A DNA stretch of 64,000 bases from Bacteroidales bacterium (GTDB taxonomy: Bacteria; Bacteroidota; Bacteroidia; Bacteroidales; UBA3663), in the NCBI GenBank assembly GCA_045545875.1, contig JAZQBS010000022.1, positions 845 through 64,844 of the forward strand, written 5' to 3'. The notes beneath the pieces were generated by a model, which was not told the origin of the DNA, searched no databases, and saw nothing but the letters and a program-made list of their open reading frames with translations. A program made the position numbers and the translations under genes. Below, piece by piece: positions 33,660-43,343 of the stretch (the first letter of the stretch is position 1; each line of letters begins with the position of its first letter).

Positions 33660-33667
33660 CAAATATA
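33660..33667 (-). promoter_or_regulatory. -7 promoter box (TATATTTG on the minus strand), orphan
   Basis: Exact TAnnTTTG match, in the same TTTGCAGCAG context as the plus-strand boxes at 20948 and 22451. Confidence 0.4.
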
Positions 33668-33865
33668 AGCGTTCTTTTTCGTTTTTCCAAATTTTAATCC
33701 ACTTCATCCACGAAATTCGACAAAAAAGCCAATTATCTGCCCTTTTTTACATCCATAGATGCCAATTTCTCCAACTTCGCCTGCCAAAATTTGCCAAAAC
33801 ATTCTTTTTTCGACAGAAGGTGGAAGAATCTTTGCAAAATACTTGCATATTCTTGCAGAATTGGT

Positions 33866-33873
33866 TAAATTTG
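33866..33873 (+). promoter_or_regulatory. -7 promoter box (TAAATTTG) for the hut operon
   Basis: Exact TAnnTTTG match 61 nt upstream of the ftcD ATG at 33934. Confidence 0.4.
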
Positions 33874-33933
33874 CCGTGCTATTCGAATCCCGAAACCGTT
33901 AACCCATCACCCATAACCATTTATTCTCCCAAG

Positions 33934-35630
33934 ATGGAAAACCGCATCATCGAATGTGTCCCCAACTTCAGTGAGGGACGCGACATGAACATCATCCGTG
34001 CCATTCGCGCCGAAATCGAGGGCTGCGAAGGCGTCAAGCTACTCGACGTAGATCCCGGCGAGGCTACCAATCGCACCGTTGTTACCTTTGTCGGTTCGCC
34101 CGAAGCCGTTTGCGAAGCGGCATTTCGCGCTGTTGCCCTTGCCGGCCGTCTCATCGACATGCGACATCATCATGGTGCCCATCCACGCATGGGTGCCACC
34201 GACGTACTGCCCCTTATTCCCGTAGCGGGCATCACGCTTGAGGAATGTGCTGCCCTGGCGCGCACCCTGGCACGCCGCATCGCCGACGAACTGCGCATTC
34301 CTACCTATTGTTACGAAGCTGCTGCCCTTCGTCCCGAACGCAAGAACCTGGCCGTGTGCCGTGCAGGCGAATACGAGTCACTGGCCGACAAACTTGCCTC
34401 GCCCGACACAGCTCCCGACTACGGAGCACGGCCTTTCGATGCCGACGTTGCCCGCACAGGTTGCACCGTTGTGGGGGCGCGCGACTTCCTCATTGCCGTC
34501 AACTTCAACCTCAACACCACTTCTACCCGCCGCGCCAATGCCATCGCCTTCGACGTACGCGAGAAAGGCCGTCCTCAGCGCGAGGGAGGCACTCTTACCG
34601 GCAAGCCGCTCAAGGATGCCGATGGCAATCCGCTCATGACGCCTGGTACGCTCAAGGGAACCAAGGCTTCGGCTGGTACATCGACGAATATGGCATTGCA
34701 CAGGTTTCGATGAACATCACCGATATCAACGTCACCCCGCTTCACGTTGCCTTCGACGAAGTATGTCGCTGCGCGGGCCTCCGCGGTCTGCGCGTCACAG
34801 GCACCGAAATCGTCGGGCTTATTCCCAAACGCACGCTCATCGAGGCAGGCCGCTACTTCCTTGCCAAACAACAACGTTCGACAGGTATTCCCGAGGACGA
34901 CATCATACGCATTGCCATCCGTTCGATGGGTCTCGACGACCTCAAGCCCTTCAACCCGCGCGAGAAGGTCATCGAATTCCTGCTCGAAGACGACCAGAAG
35001 GCCAAACGTCTTGTCAATCTCACGGTCAAAGGCTTTGCCGAAGAGACTTCACGCGAATCACCCGCACCAGGCGGCGGTTCCATCTCTGCCTATATGGGCG
35101 CTCTTGGCGCTGCGCTCGGCACCATGGTAGCCAACCTTTCGAGCCACAAGCGAGGTTGGGACGAACATTGGCGCGAATTCAGCGAATGGGCCGATCAGGG
35201 ACAAAAGATCATGACAGAACTGCTCGTCCTGGTCGACAAGGACACCGATGCCTTCAACGGCCTGATGAGCGCCTTCGGTATGCCACGTGGCAATGACGAA
35301 GAGAAACGCCTTCGCTCGGAGGCAATCCAGCGAGCCACACTCTTTGCCACACAAGTACCTCTCGAAACCATGAAGACGGCTTTCCGTGGCTTCGGCATCT
35401 GTCGTGCAATGGCTTTGACCGGCAACCCAGCCAGCGCTTCGGATGCTGGCGTGGGGGCTCTCGCCATCCGTGCTGCTGTACGTGGCGCTTGCCTCAACGT
35501 CAAGATCAATGCCGCTTCGCTCAAGGATCGCCCCACCGCCGAGCGTCTTGTATTTGAAGCCAACGACATCGCCCTCAAGGCTGACCTCGAAGAAAAAGAA
35601 ATCACCCGCATAGTCGAAGAAAAGATTTAA
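33934..35630 (+). pseudogene. ftcD: glutamate formimidoyltransferase-cyclodeaminase (bifunctional FtcD) interrupted by a -1 frameshift near 34668
   Basis: Frame A reads MENRIIECVPNFSEGRD...GTLKGTKA, then nonsense and a stop at 34711-34713. Frame B, offset by one nt, continues (F)GWYIDEYGIAQVSMNITD..., then the cyclodeaminase domain (SPAPGGGS...). Frame B upstream of 34668 is Arg-rich nonsense. The join reconstructs the conserved K-A-x-G-W-Y. Confidence 0.8.
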
Positions 35631-35634
35631 CCTT

Positions 35635-37641
35635 ATGACCCTCCAAGAATTCCAAGCCGACATCCGAGCCGGCATCCCCGACTACCTGCCCGAACCGCAG
35701 GCATATGATCCTGATATCAACCATGCACCACGTCGCAAGGACATTCTGACTCCCGAACAGAAGCGTCTTGCCTTGCGCAATGCCTTGCGATATTTCCCCA
35801 AGAAGTTCCACGCTGTACTTGCACCCGAGTTTGCGGAAGAACTCCGCACCTATGGCCGTATTTACATGTACCGCTACCGTCCCCGTTACGAGATGAAGGC
35901 ACGCCCCATCGGCGACTATCCGCATCGAAGCCAGCAGGCAGCTGCCATCATGCTGATGATCCAGAACAACCTCGATCCTCGCGTTGCCCAGCATCCTCAC
36001 GAACTCATCACTTACGGAGGCAACGGCTCGGTCTTCATGAACTGGGCACAGTATCGCCTCGTGATGAAATACCTCAGCGAGATGACCGACCATCAGACCC
36101 TTGTTATGTACTCGGGACATCCCCTTGGACTTTTCCCCTCACACCCTGGTGCTCCACGCGTCGTTGTCACCAACGGAATGGTGATTCCCAACTATTCAAA
36201 ACCCGATGATTGGGAACGCGACAACGCACTCGGCGTAAGCCAATACGGACAGATGACCGCAGGTTCCTATATGTATATAGGTCCGCAAGGCATCGTGCAT
36301 GGTACCACCATCACTGTGCTCAACGCTGCCCGACGTGTCATGCAAGGCCGCAAGGACTGCATTCCGCTCTTCGTCAGTTCAGGTCTTGGCGGCATGAGTG
36401 GTGCCCAGCCCAAAGCCGGCAACATCGCAGGCGTGGTGAGCGTCATCGCCGAAATCAATCCCAAGGCGGCAGAGAAACGATACGAACAAGGATGGGTCGA
36501 TGAGCTGCATACCAATCTCGACGAACTCATCCCCGCTGTGCGCAAAGCCGTAGCCGAAAGGCGCACCGTCTCAATGGCCTATGTCGGCAACGTCGTTGAC
36601 CTTTGGGAACGTCTTGCCGACGAGGATATCGAGGTGAACCTCGGTTCCGACCAGACTTCGCTCCACAACCCGTGGGCAGGTGGCTACTATCCCGTGGGAC
36701 TCACTTTCGAAGAAAGCAAGCGCATGATGGCCGACGATCCCGCCCGCTTCAAGCAATGTGTCGAGGCTTCGTTGCGTCGACAGGTGGCTGCCATCAATCG
36801 GCTTACGGCCCGCGGTATGTACTTCTTTGACTACGGCAACGCATTCCTCCTCCAGTCCAGCCGTGCAGGAGCCGACATTATGCTGCCCGATGGCCGTTTC
36901 CGCTATCCTTCCTACGTGCAGGACATCATGGGCCCCATGTTCTTCGACTATGGCTTTGGACCATTCCGCTGGGTATGCACCTCATGTGACCCGCATGACC
37001 TTGAGGTCACCGACCGACTTGCGACCGAAGTGCTCGAAGACGAGCGTCGTCATGCCCCCGCTGACATCGCAAACCAGCTCGACGACAACATCCACTGGAT
37101 ACGCGAAGCAGGTCGCAACCACCTCGTCGTGGGTTCACAGGCACGCATCCTTTATGCCGACTGCGAAGGCCGCACACGCATTGCCTTGGCCTTCAACGAT
37201 GCCGTACGTCGCGGCGAACTGCATGCGCCCGTCGTACTGGGTCGTGATCATCACGACGTTTCAGGCACCGATTCGCCTTTCCGCGAGACATCCAACATCT
37301 ACGACGGCTCGCAGTTCTGTGCCGACATGGCCATACAGAACGTCATCGGTGACAGTTTCCGCGGAGCCACCTGGGTCAGCATCCACAATGGCGGCGGAGT
37401 AGGCTGGGGCGAAGTCATCAACGGTGGCTTCGGTATGGTGGTCGATGGCTCAGATCAAGCCGATCGCAACATTCGCGAGATGCTCTTCTGGGACGTCAAC
37501 AACGGCATCACCCGGCGCGCATGGGCTCGCAACCAAGGCTCCATCGACGCTATCCGTCGCGAGATGGATCGCACCCCCGACCTCCAAGTTACCCTCCCCA
37601 ATTTTGTCGATGACGATATCATCGATTCGGTTTCCTTCTAG
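35635..37641 (+). CDS. hutU: urocanate hydratase (long, ~670-aa type)
   Basis: 668 aa. Urocanase features are visible throughout (...GGMSGAQPKA..., ...HAPVVLGRDHHDVSGTDSP...). It lies next to hutH and hutI. Confidence 0.92.
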   Translation: MTLQEFQADIRAGIPDYLPEPQAYDPDINHAPRRKDILTPEQKRLALRNALRYFPKKFHAVLAPEFAEELRTYGRIYMYRYRPRYEMKARPIGDYPHRSQQAAAIMLMIQNNLDPRVAQHPHELITYGGNGSVFMNWAQYRLVMKYLSEMTDHQTLVMYSGHPLGLFPSHPGAPRVVVTNGMVIPNYSKPDDWERDNALGVSQYGQMTAGSYMYIGPQGIVHGTTITVLNAARRVMQGRKDCIPLFVSSGLGGMSGAQPKAGNIAGVVSVIAEINPKAAEKRYEQGWVDELHTNLDELIPAVRKAVAERRTVSMAYVGNVVDLWERLADEDIEVNLGSDQTSLHNPWAGGYYPVGLTFEESKRMMADDPARFKQCVEASLRRQVAAINRLTARGMYFFDYGNAFLLQSSRAGADIMLPDGRFRYPSYVQDIMGPMFFDYGFGPFRWVCTSCDPHDLEVTDRLATEVLEDERRHAPADIANQLDDNIHWIREAGRNHLVVGSQARILYADCEGRTRIALAFNDAVRRGELHAPVVLGRDHHDVSGTDSPFRETSNIYDGSQFCADMAIQNVIGDSFRGATWVSIHNGGGVGWGEVINGGFGMVVDGSDQADRNIREMLFWDVNNGITRRAWARNQGSIDAIRREMDRTPDLQVTLPNFVDDDIIDSVSF

Positions 37642-37672
37642 AATATCTAGATTATCTAGACAATCTAGAAAA
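37637..37672. repeat. TCTAGAnnn nonamer repeat (4 copies) spanning the hutU stop and the hutU-hutH spacer
   Basis: The copies are TCTAGAATA TCTAGATTA TCTAGACAA TCTAGAAAA. The hutU TAG stop lies within the first copy. Confidence 0.8.
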
Positions 37673-37692
37673 AGAAAAAACAGAAAATACCT

Positions 37693-39207
37693 ATGGCACT
37701 CAAAATACATGAAATAAGTGCAGGCCATCTGACACTGAACAAAGTCTCCGAAATCATTCGTTTAGGTTACAAACTCCAATTGGGCGAAGATTCCCGCCAG
37801 AAGATCTTGCGCTGCCGCGAATACCTCGACCAGAAGATTGCCGATACAAAAGACCCTATTTATGGTGTCACTACCGGCTTCGGTTCGCTCTGCAACATCA
37901 ACATCGACAAGGATCAGCTCTCACAACTGCAGATCAACCTCATGATGAGCCACGCCTGCGGTTGCGGCGAACGTGTGCCCAACGACATCGTGAAGCTGAT
38001 GATCCTGCTCAAGATTCAATCGCTCAGTTATGGCTATTCGGGCGTGCAACTTCACACTGTCGAACGCCTCATCGACTTCTTCAACGACGACATCTTCCCC
38101 ATCGTCTATATGCAGGGCTCGGTTGGTTCCTCGGGTGACCTTGTTCCCCTCGCTCACCTCTGCCTCCCCCTCGTCGGTCTCGGCGAAGTGGAGTATCAAG
38201 GCCGTCGTATGAGCGGAAAAGAACTGCTCAAACTCAAGGACTGGGAACCCATCAAGCTGGACTCGAAGGAAGGATTGGCTCTGCTTAACGGCACACAGAA
38301 CATGGCAGCCTTCTGCTGCTGGTCGATCATCCACGCCACACAACTCAGCAACTGGGCCGACTACATCGGAGCCCTCTCGCTCGATGCCTACGATGGACGT
38401 ATTGAGCCCTTCCATCATGCCGTCCATGCTGTGCGTCCGCACAAGGGACAGATGGACACCGCCGAAAACATCAGCCAAATTCTCGAAGGGAGCGAACTCA
38501 TCAAGCAGCCCAAGAAGCATGTGCAGGACCCCTATTCCTTCCGTTGCATTCCACAGGTACATGGCGCCGTGAAGGACACCGTTCGCTACGTCCAGACGGT
38601 CACCGACATCGAAATCAACGCCACTACCGACAATCCCACCGTCTGTCCTGACGACGACCTCATCATCTCGGCTGGCAATTTCCACGGTGAACCCATTGCC
38701 CTTCCTATGGACTTCCTCGCTATTGCCATGTCGGAACTCTCCAACATCTCCGAGCGACGCATCGACAAGCTCGTCTCAGGCACACGTGGTCTGCCCAGTT
38801 TCCTCGTTGCTTATCCAGGTGTCAACAGCGGCTTTATGATCACGCAGTACGCTGCCGCCTCCATCGTCAGCCAAAGCAAGTCGCTCTGCATGCCTTGTTC
38901 GGTCGATAGCATTCCCACCTGCCAGGGACAAGAGGATCACGTCAGCATGGGAGCCAATGCCGGCACGAAACTCTATCAAGTGGTGCTCAACACCGAACGT
39001 GTGCTCGCCATCGAGCTCTTTAATGCCTGTCAGGCGCTCGACTTCCGTCGTCCGCTCAAGACTTCCCCCATCCTCGAGAACCTCTACAACGAGTATCGTC
39101 AGGTCGTTCCGTTCATCGACACCGACACTGTGATGTATCCCTACATTGCCAAGTCAGTTGAGTTCTTACGCAACTCGAAGATCGAGAACCTCTACAAGGC
39201 TTTATAA
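37693..39207 (+). CDS. hutH: histidine ammonia-lyase
   Basis: 504 aa with an MIO-region motif GSVGSSGDLVPLAHL. The tripeptide is Ser-Ser-Gly rather than the usual Ala-Ser-Gly. The remainder looks typical of HAL/PAL. Confidence 0.9.
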   Translation: MALKIHEISAGHLTLNKVSEIIRLGYKLQLGEDSRQKILRCREYLDQKIADTKDPIYGVTTGFGSLCNINIDKDQLSQLQINLMMSHACGCGERVPNDIVKLMILLKIQSLSYGYSGVQLHTVERLIDFFNDDIFPIVYMQGSVGSSGDLVPLAHLCLPLVGLGEVEYQGRRMSGKELLKLKDWEPIKLDSKEGLALLNGTQNMAAFCCWSIIHATQLSNWADYIGALSLDAYDGRIEPFHHAVHAVRPHKGQMDTAENISQILEGSELIKQPKKHVQDPYSFRCIPQVHGAVKDTVRYVQTVTDIEINATTDNPTVCPDDDLIISAGNFHGEPIALPMDFLAIAMSELSNISERRIDKLVSGTRGLPSFLVAYPGVNSGFMITQYAAASIVSQSKSLCMPCSVDSIPTCQGQEDHVSMGANAGTKLYQVVLNTERVLAIELFNACQALDFRRPLKTSPILENLYNEYRQVVPFIDTDTVMYPYIAKSVEFLRNSKIENLYKAL

Positions 39208-39224
39208 AGCCAATATTTCCTCCC

Positions 39225-40445
39225 ATGTCTATCCTCATAAAAAACATCGCCCACCTCTTCGGCATACTCCCCGTTGACGTCGATCGTCTCCAAGGCAAGG
39301 AGATGGCTCTCGTCGAAACTATCGATGATGCTTGGCTCTCTATCGAAGGAGGACGCATCATCGACTTCGGTCCCATGTCATCGATACCCGAAACAAAGCA
39401 CTTCGAGGTCATCGATGCCGAAGGTGGCTCGGTGATGCCATGCTTCTGCGACCCGCACACCCATTTGGTCTATGCAGGCAGCCGTGAACAGGAATTTGTC
39501 GATAAGATACAGGGTTTGAGTTATGCCGAAATAGCACGACGCGGTGGAGGCATCCTCAATTCGGTCGATCTCCTGCATCGGCTCACCGAACAGGAGCTCT
39601 ACGAGCAGGCCATGCACCGAATGGAAGAGATTGAGGCAAAGGGAACCGGTTGTATCGAAATCAAAAGCGGTTATGGGCTCTCCACTGAGGACGAACTCAA
39701 AATACTGCGCGTCATTCGTCGCATCAGCCAAACTTCGCTTGTCAAGGTAGTCTCCACCTTCCTCGGAGCACATGCCGTAAGCCGTGCCTACAATGGCAGG
39801 CAGAGCGATTACGTGCGTCTTGTCATCGATGAAATGATTCCCGCAGTAGGAAACGAAGGCTTAGCCGACTACATCGACGTCTTCTGCGACGAGGGCTTCT
39901 TCACACCCGAAGAGACTGCCCGCATCCTGGAGGCTGGTGCTCGCTATGGTATGCGTCCCAAGATTCACGCCGACGAACTGGCGGCATCGGGCGGTGTGCG
40001 TGTCGCCGTGGACCATCAAGCCCTTTCGGTCGATCACCTCGAAAGCATGCCCGACGAAGAAATCGATCTCCTGCTTGGCACGGCCACTATGCCCACATGT
40101 CTTCCAGGAACCTCATTCTTCCTGAATATGCTTTACGCTCCCGCACGCCGCATGATAGATCGTGGCCTCGGCATCGCCCTAGCCTCCGACTATAATCCTG
40201 GCTCCACGCCTTCGGGCGATATGAAGTTCGTCATGTCATTGGGTTGCATCAAACTGCGTCTTCTCCCCGAAGAAGCATTCAATGCCGTCACCATCAATGC
40301 AGCCTACGCCATGGGGCTAAGCCAAGATTACGGCAGTATCACCATTGGCAAAAAAGCACACCTTATCCTCACCCATCCTATCCCTTCACTCGCATTTATT
40401 CCCTACTCCTACACCACTCCAATCATCCGAAAGGTGCTGTTATAA
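39225..40445 (+). CDS. hutI: imidazolonepropionase
   Basis: 406 aa. It has the amidohydrolase metal motif CDPHTHLVYAGSR and ...HADEL.... Confidence 0.9.
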   Translation: MSILIKNIAHLFGILPVDVDRLQGKEMALVETIDDAWLSIEGGRIIDFGPMSSIPETKHFEVIDAEGGSVMPCFCDPHTHLVYAGSREQEFVDKIQGLSYAEIARRGGGILNSVDLLHRLTEQELYEQAMHRMEEIEAKGTGCIEIKSGYGLSTEDELKILRVIRRISQTSLVKVVSTFLGAHAVSRAYNGRQSDYVRLVIDEMIPAVGNEGLADYIDVFCDEGFFTPEETARILEAGARYGMRPKIHADELAASGGVRVAVDHQALSVDHLESMPDEEIDLLLGTATMPTCLPGTSFFLNMLYAPARRMIDRGLGIALASDYNPGSTPSGDMKFVMSLGCIKLRLLPEEAFNAVTINAAYAMGLSQDYGSITIGKKAHLILTHPIPSLAFIPYSYTTPIIRKVLL

Positions 40446-40451
40446 CAAGTA

Positions 40452-41183
40452 TTACAACAGACGTGCGTTGATGTGATCGAGAAGTGCCTGTTTGTAACTG
40501 TCGCCGATGGGAATCTGAACTTCTCCAAAAATGATGCGCTGGCGGGTGATGTCGGTGACACGGCGCAAGTTGACAATGTAGGAACGATGAACACGCATGA
40601 AGTGGTCGGAAGGAAGAATCTCCTCTATGCGTTTCATCGAGAGCAAAGGCATGAAAGGCCGGTCTTGGCCATCAACAAAAATACGCACATATTCGCCCAT
40701 GCTTTCGACATAGCGAATGTCATCGATGACGATGCGAACGATGCGATAGTCGTTCTTGACGTAGAAGTAGCCGTCTTGTTCAATAGCAGAAGTGGGTTGG
40801 GGCACGAAGCCATAGGCCGATGTCTCGCTCTCGATGCGTTGGCGCGCCCTTTCTGCGGCTGCTTCGAGGTCTTGCAGCCCGAAGGGTTTGAGCAGGTAAT
40901 CGACTGCCTTGACTTTGTAGCCATCGACAGCATAGTGGCTATATGCTGTGGTGAAGATGACTTTTGGCGGTTCATCGAGACTGCGCACAAAATCGAGACC
41001 ATTGAGGTCGGGCATATTGATATCCACAAACATCAGGTCAACCTGTGTCTGCCGGAGCACCTTGAGTGCCTCGGCAGCGTCTCGGCATCGGCCTACGAGC
41101 TCGAGGTAAGGCACTTTGTTGATGTAAGACGAAATCTGGGCGAGCGCCAATGGCTCGTCATCTATAGCGATACAGCGAATCAT
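40452..41183 (-). CDS. LytTR-family response regulator
   Basis: It has a receiver domain (MIRCIAIDDEPLAL...DINMPDLNG) and a LytTR domain (FMRVHRSYIVNLRRV). I place the start at ATG 41183; the track ORF carries a 31-codon upstream extension. Confidence 0.88.
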   Translation of the reverse strand: MIRCIAIDDEPLALAQISSYINKVPYLELVGRCRDAAEALKVLRQTQVDLMFVDINMPDLNGLDFVRSLDEPPKVIFTTAYSHYAVDGYKVKAVDYLLKPFGLQDLEAAAERARQRIESETSAYGFVPQPTSAIEQDGYFYVKNDYRIVRIVIDDIRYVESMGEYVRIFVDGQDRPFMPLLSMKRIEEILPSDHFMRVHRSYIVNLRRVTDITRQRIIFGEVQIPIGDSYKQALLDHINARLL

Positions 41184-41224
41184 GAGATAAGAGAGTTTAG
41201 ATGAGTTATGAAGAGTCCCCCTGC

Positions 41225-42451
41225 TTAGGAGGATTGCTTGTCGGGAGATAAAATGTATTGGAGACAGGGAATCCACAGGTCAACGGTGAACACCTGATTG
41301 TCGGGGACAATATTAAGAGTGTAGTTGTCCGAATAAATAAGTTGAAGACGCTTCTTGACGTTTTCGAGTCCCACTCCGCCCTTCTGTGCCTGCATGCTCG
41401 TAGTGCTGTAATTGCTGTTGACACAATGGAAGTGGATTTGCTTATCCTCAATGGCTACCTTGATGTCAATGTACGATGGTTCACGATGCGAGATGCCATG
41501 CTTGAAAGCATTTTCGATGAACGTGAGCAGAATCAGTGGAGGTATGCCGGCTTCAAGGCCTGGGGCTATAGAGTCGGGCTCCTCGATGGTGAGGGTAACC
41601 GATTCGTCAAATCGCAACTTCATCAGTTCCAGGAAATGGTGCACAAAGGTGAGTTCGCGGCGTAGAGGAACAGTAGATTGGTTGCTCTCGTAGAGAATAT
41701 ATCGCATGAGGTGTGACAACTCGATGATAGCCCGTTTGGCAAGTTCGCCGTCAATATCGACGAGGGCGTGGATATTGTTGAGCGTATTCATAAAGAAATG
41801 AGGATTGATCTGATACTTCAGATAATCCAACTCGGACTGAAGATGCAATGCCTGTTGCTCCTTATAAAGAAGTATTTCCCGATGTGCACGGAAGAAGACA
41901 GCGATTGCCAGACTGGAACCCATCATAAGCAAGGCCATCAACAACCTTGGGAAAAAGGGACCTCGGAAGTAGGGCCTGGGGCCAAGGCGTTGACCCACGC
42001 GCTGATCATCAAGAGGACGAATGTCAGTCGAAGGCGTCGGTATCCCATCATAACGAAGACTATCGGCGTCCCCCATCGCCTCACGTTGGTTCATGCGTTG
42101 CTCCACGCGCTGCCTGTGCCTAGGGATCCTTCTGGGCAGTAAATATTCTGATGTCAAGGTAATGACAAAGGCTGTAACAAACGAGACAAGGAAAAACGTG
42201 ACGAGTCGTCCCTTAAAAAAGAACCTAGGTTCATAAATTAATTTACCAAGCAGGAAAATCACCAAAAAGGGCAGGTACCTGACATAACCGAACAACAATT
42301 CGCGACAATCGAAATGATCTGTGAGGTCCGTCAAATAGTCATAAACTTCCGAAAAAAGAGGTACCAGCAGGATGAAGATCCAGATGGCAAAATAGAACCA
42401 CGTCTCAGACGATACCTTGTGTATCAGTTTGCTCGATGTTTCAGTTGACAT
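41225..42451 (-). CDS. LytS/YehU-type sensor histidine kinase (His_kinase + HATPase)
   Basis: It has several N-terminal TM helices, the motif LDYLKYQINPHFFMNTLNNI and GVGLENVKKRLQLIY. The track start at 42487 is a TTG; I prefer ATG 42451. Confidence 0.85.
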   Translation of the reverse strand: MSTETSSKLIHKVSSETWFYFAIWIFILLVPLFSEVYDYLTDLTDHFDCRELLFGYVRYLPFLVIFLLGKLIYEPRFFFKGRLVTFFLVSFVTAFVITLTSEYLLPRRIPRHRQRVEQRMNQREAMGDADSLRYDGIPTPSTDIRPLDDQRVGQRLGPRPYFRGPFFPRLLMALLMMGSSLAIAVFFRAHREILLYKEQQALHLQSELDYLKYQINPHFFMNTLNNIHALVDIDGELAKRAIIELSHLMRYILYESNQSTVPLRRELTFVHHFLELMKLRFDESVTLTIEEPDSIAPGLEAGIPPLILLTFIENAFKHGISHREPSYIDIKVAIEDKQIHFHCVNSNYSTTSMQAQKGGVGLENVKKRLQLIYSDNYTLNIVPDNQVFTVDLWIPCLQYILSPDKQSS

Positions 42452-42483
42452 ATCGAAAGTCTTGACAAAAGGAAATGTTTTGT

Positions 42484-43281
42484 TCAACGTAGACGTGTAC
42501 CCTCTGCTGGAAGGTCGAGGGCATCAGTTCGGGTGATGACAACTTCATGCACCCCGGCACGAATGGCACCGAAAGCATTTTCAAGCTTTGGCAACATGCC
42601 GCCTGAAACGACTCCTTGCTCAACGAGGACAGGGAATTCCTCCTGGGTGATGCAAGGAATCACCGAATCATCGTCGTCGGCATCACGCAGCACGCCTCGT
42701 TTCTCGAAACAATAGACGAGCGTGACCTCGAAATTGCGGGCCAAAGCCTTGGCGACTTCAGCCGCGATAGTGTCGGCATTGGTGTTGAGCAGGGTGCCTT
42801 GAGTGTCGTGCCCGATAGGACACATCACTGGCACCACGCCCTTGGCAATCAGGTCGGCCAGCAAATCGGCATTCACTCGGTCGATATCGCCCACAAAGCC
42901 GAAATCGACCATCTGTGTGCTGCCATCGTCCATACGCACCTGCTTGGGAGGACGTCGATGACTGCTGATGACGTTCATGTCAGCACCCGTCAGACCCAAT
43001 GCATTGATGCCGCGAGCCTGCAATTGTGCCACGATGTTCTTGTTGACCAGGCCTGCATAGACCATAGTGACCACGCGAAGTGTGTCAGCATCGGTGACAC
43101 GACGCCCTGCCACCATCTGTTGCGGCAAGCCTAGACGTTCAGCGATGCGGGTAGCACTGCGTCCACCGCCATGCACGAGCACCTTATGGCCCTCGATGCT
43201 TGCAAACTTGTCGAGGAGAGAGCTGAGGGAATCGGCGTCCTCGACAATAGCGCCGCCCACCTTAACGAGAGTAACTTTCAT
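42484..43281 (-). CDS. argB: acetylglutamate kinase
   Basis: 265 aa. It has the amino-acid kinase fold motifs VKVGGAIV...LVHGGG...NTNADT. Confidence 0.88.
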   Translation of the reverse strand: MKVTLVKVGGAIVEDADSLSSLLDKFASIEGHKVLVHGGGRSATRIAERLGLPQQMVAGRRVTDADTLRVVTMVYAGLVNKNIVAQLQARGINALGLTGADMNVISSHRRPPKQVRMDDGSTQMVDFGFVGDIDRVNADLLADLIAKGVVPVMCPIGHDTQGTLLNTNADTIAAEVAKALARNFEVTLVYCFEKRGVLRDADDDDSVIPCITQEEFPVLVEQGVVSGGMLPKLENAFGAIRAGVHEVVITRTDALDLPAEGTRLR

Positions 43282-43343
43282 AACCTTTCAAACCCTTCTT
43301 AACCTTTCAGAACCTTTCTTAACCCTTCAGAACCTTCCCTCTA
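43282..43343. repeat. pyrimidine-strand CCTTTCAGAACC word repeat filling the manC-argB spacer
   Basis: The sequence is AACCTTTCAAACCCTTCTTAACCTTTCAGAACCTTTCTTAACCCTTCAGAACCTTCCC. Only one arm is present, with no partner arm nearby. Confidence 0.75.

Noticed and set aside
34245-34667. The track ORF 34245..35630 could be an independent 461-aa gene.
   Set aside because: Its first ~140 codons are Arg/Cys/His-rich nonsense read out of frame through the formiminotransferase domain. Only the part after about 34668 is protein-like and continues the ftcD sequence. I interpret it as the downstream half of a frameshifted gene.
34655-34680. The ftcD break could be a programmed ribosomal frameshift.
   Set aside because: There is no slippery heptamer or homopolymer at the junction, and I could see no obvious downstream stimulatory structure. 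A mutation or sequencing error is the simpler explanation.
42484-42487. A 4-nt overlap between the argB stop and the histidine-kinase start might indicate translational coupling.
   Set aside because: The overlapping start is a TTG. The first ATG (42451) leaves a 32-nt gap and a normal N-terminus, so the overlap is probably an ORF-caller artefact.
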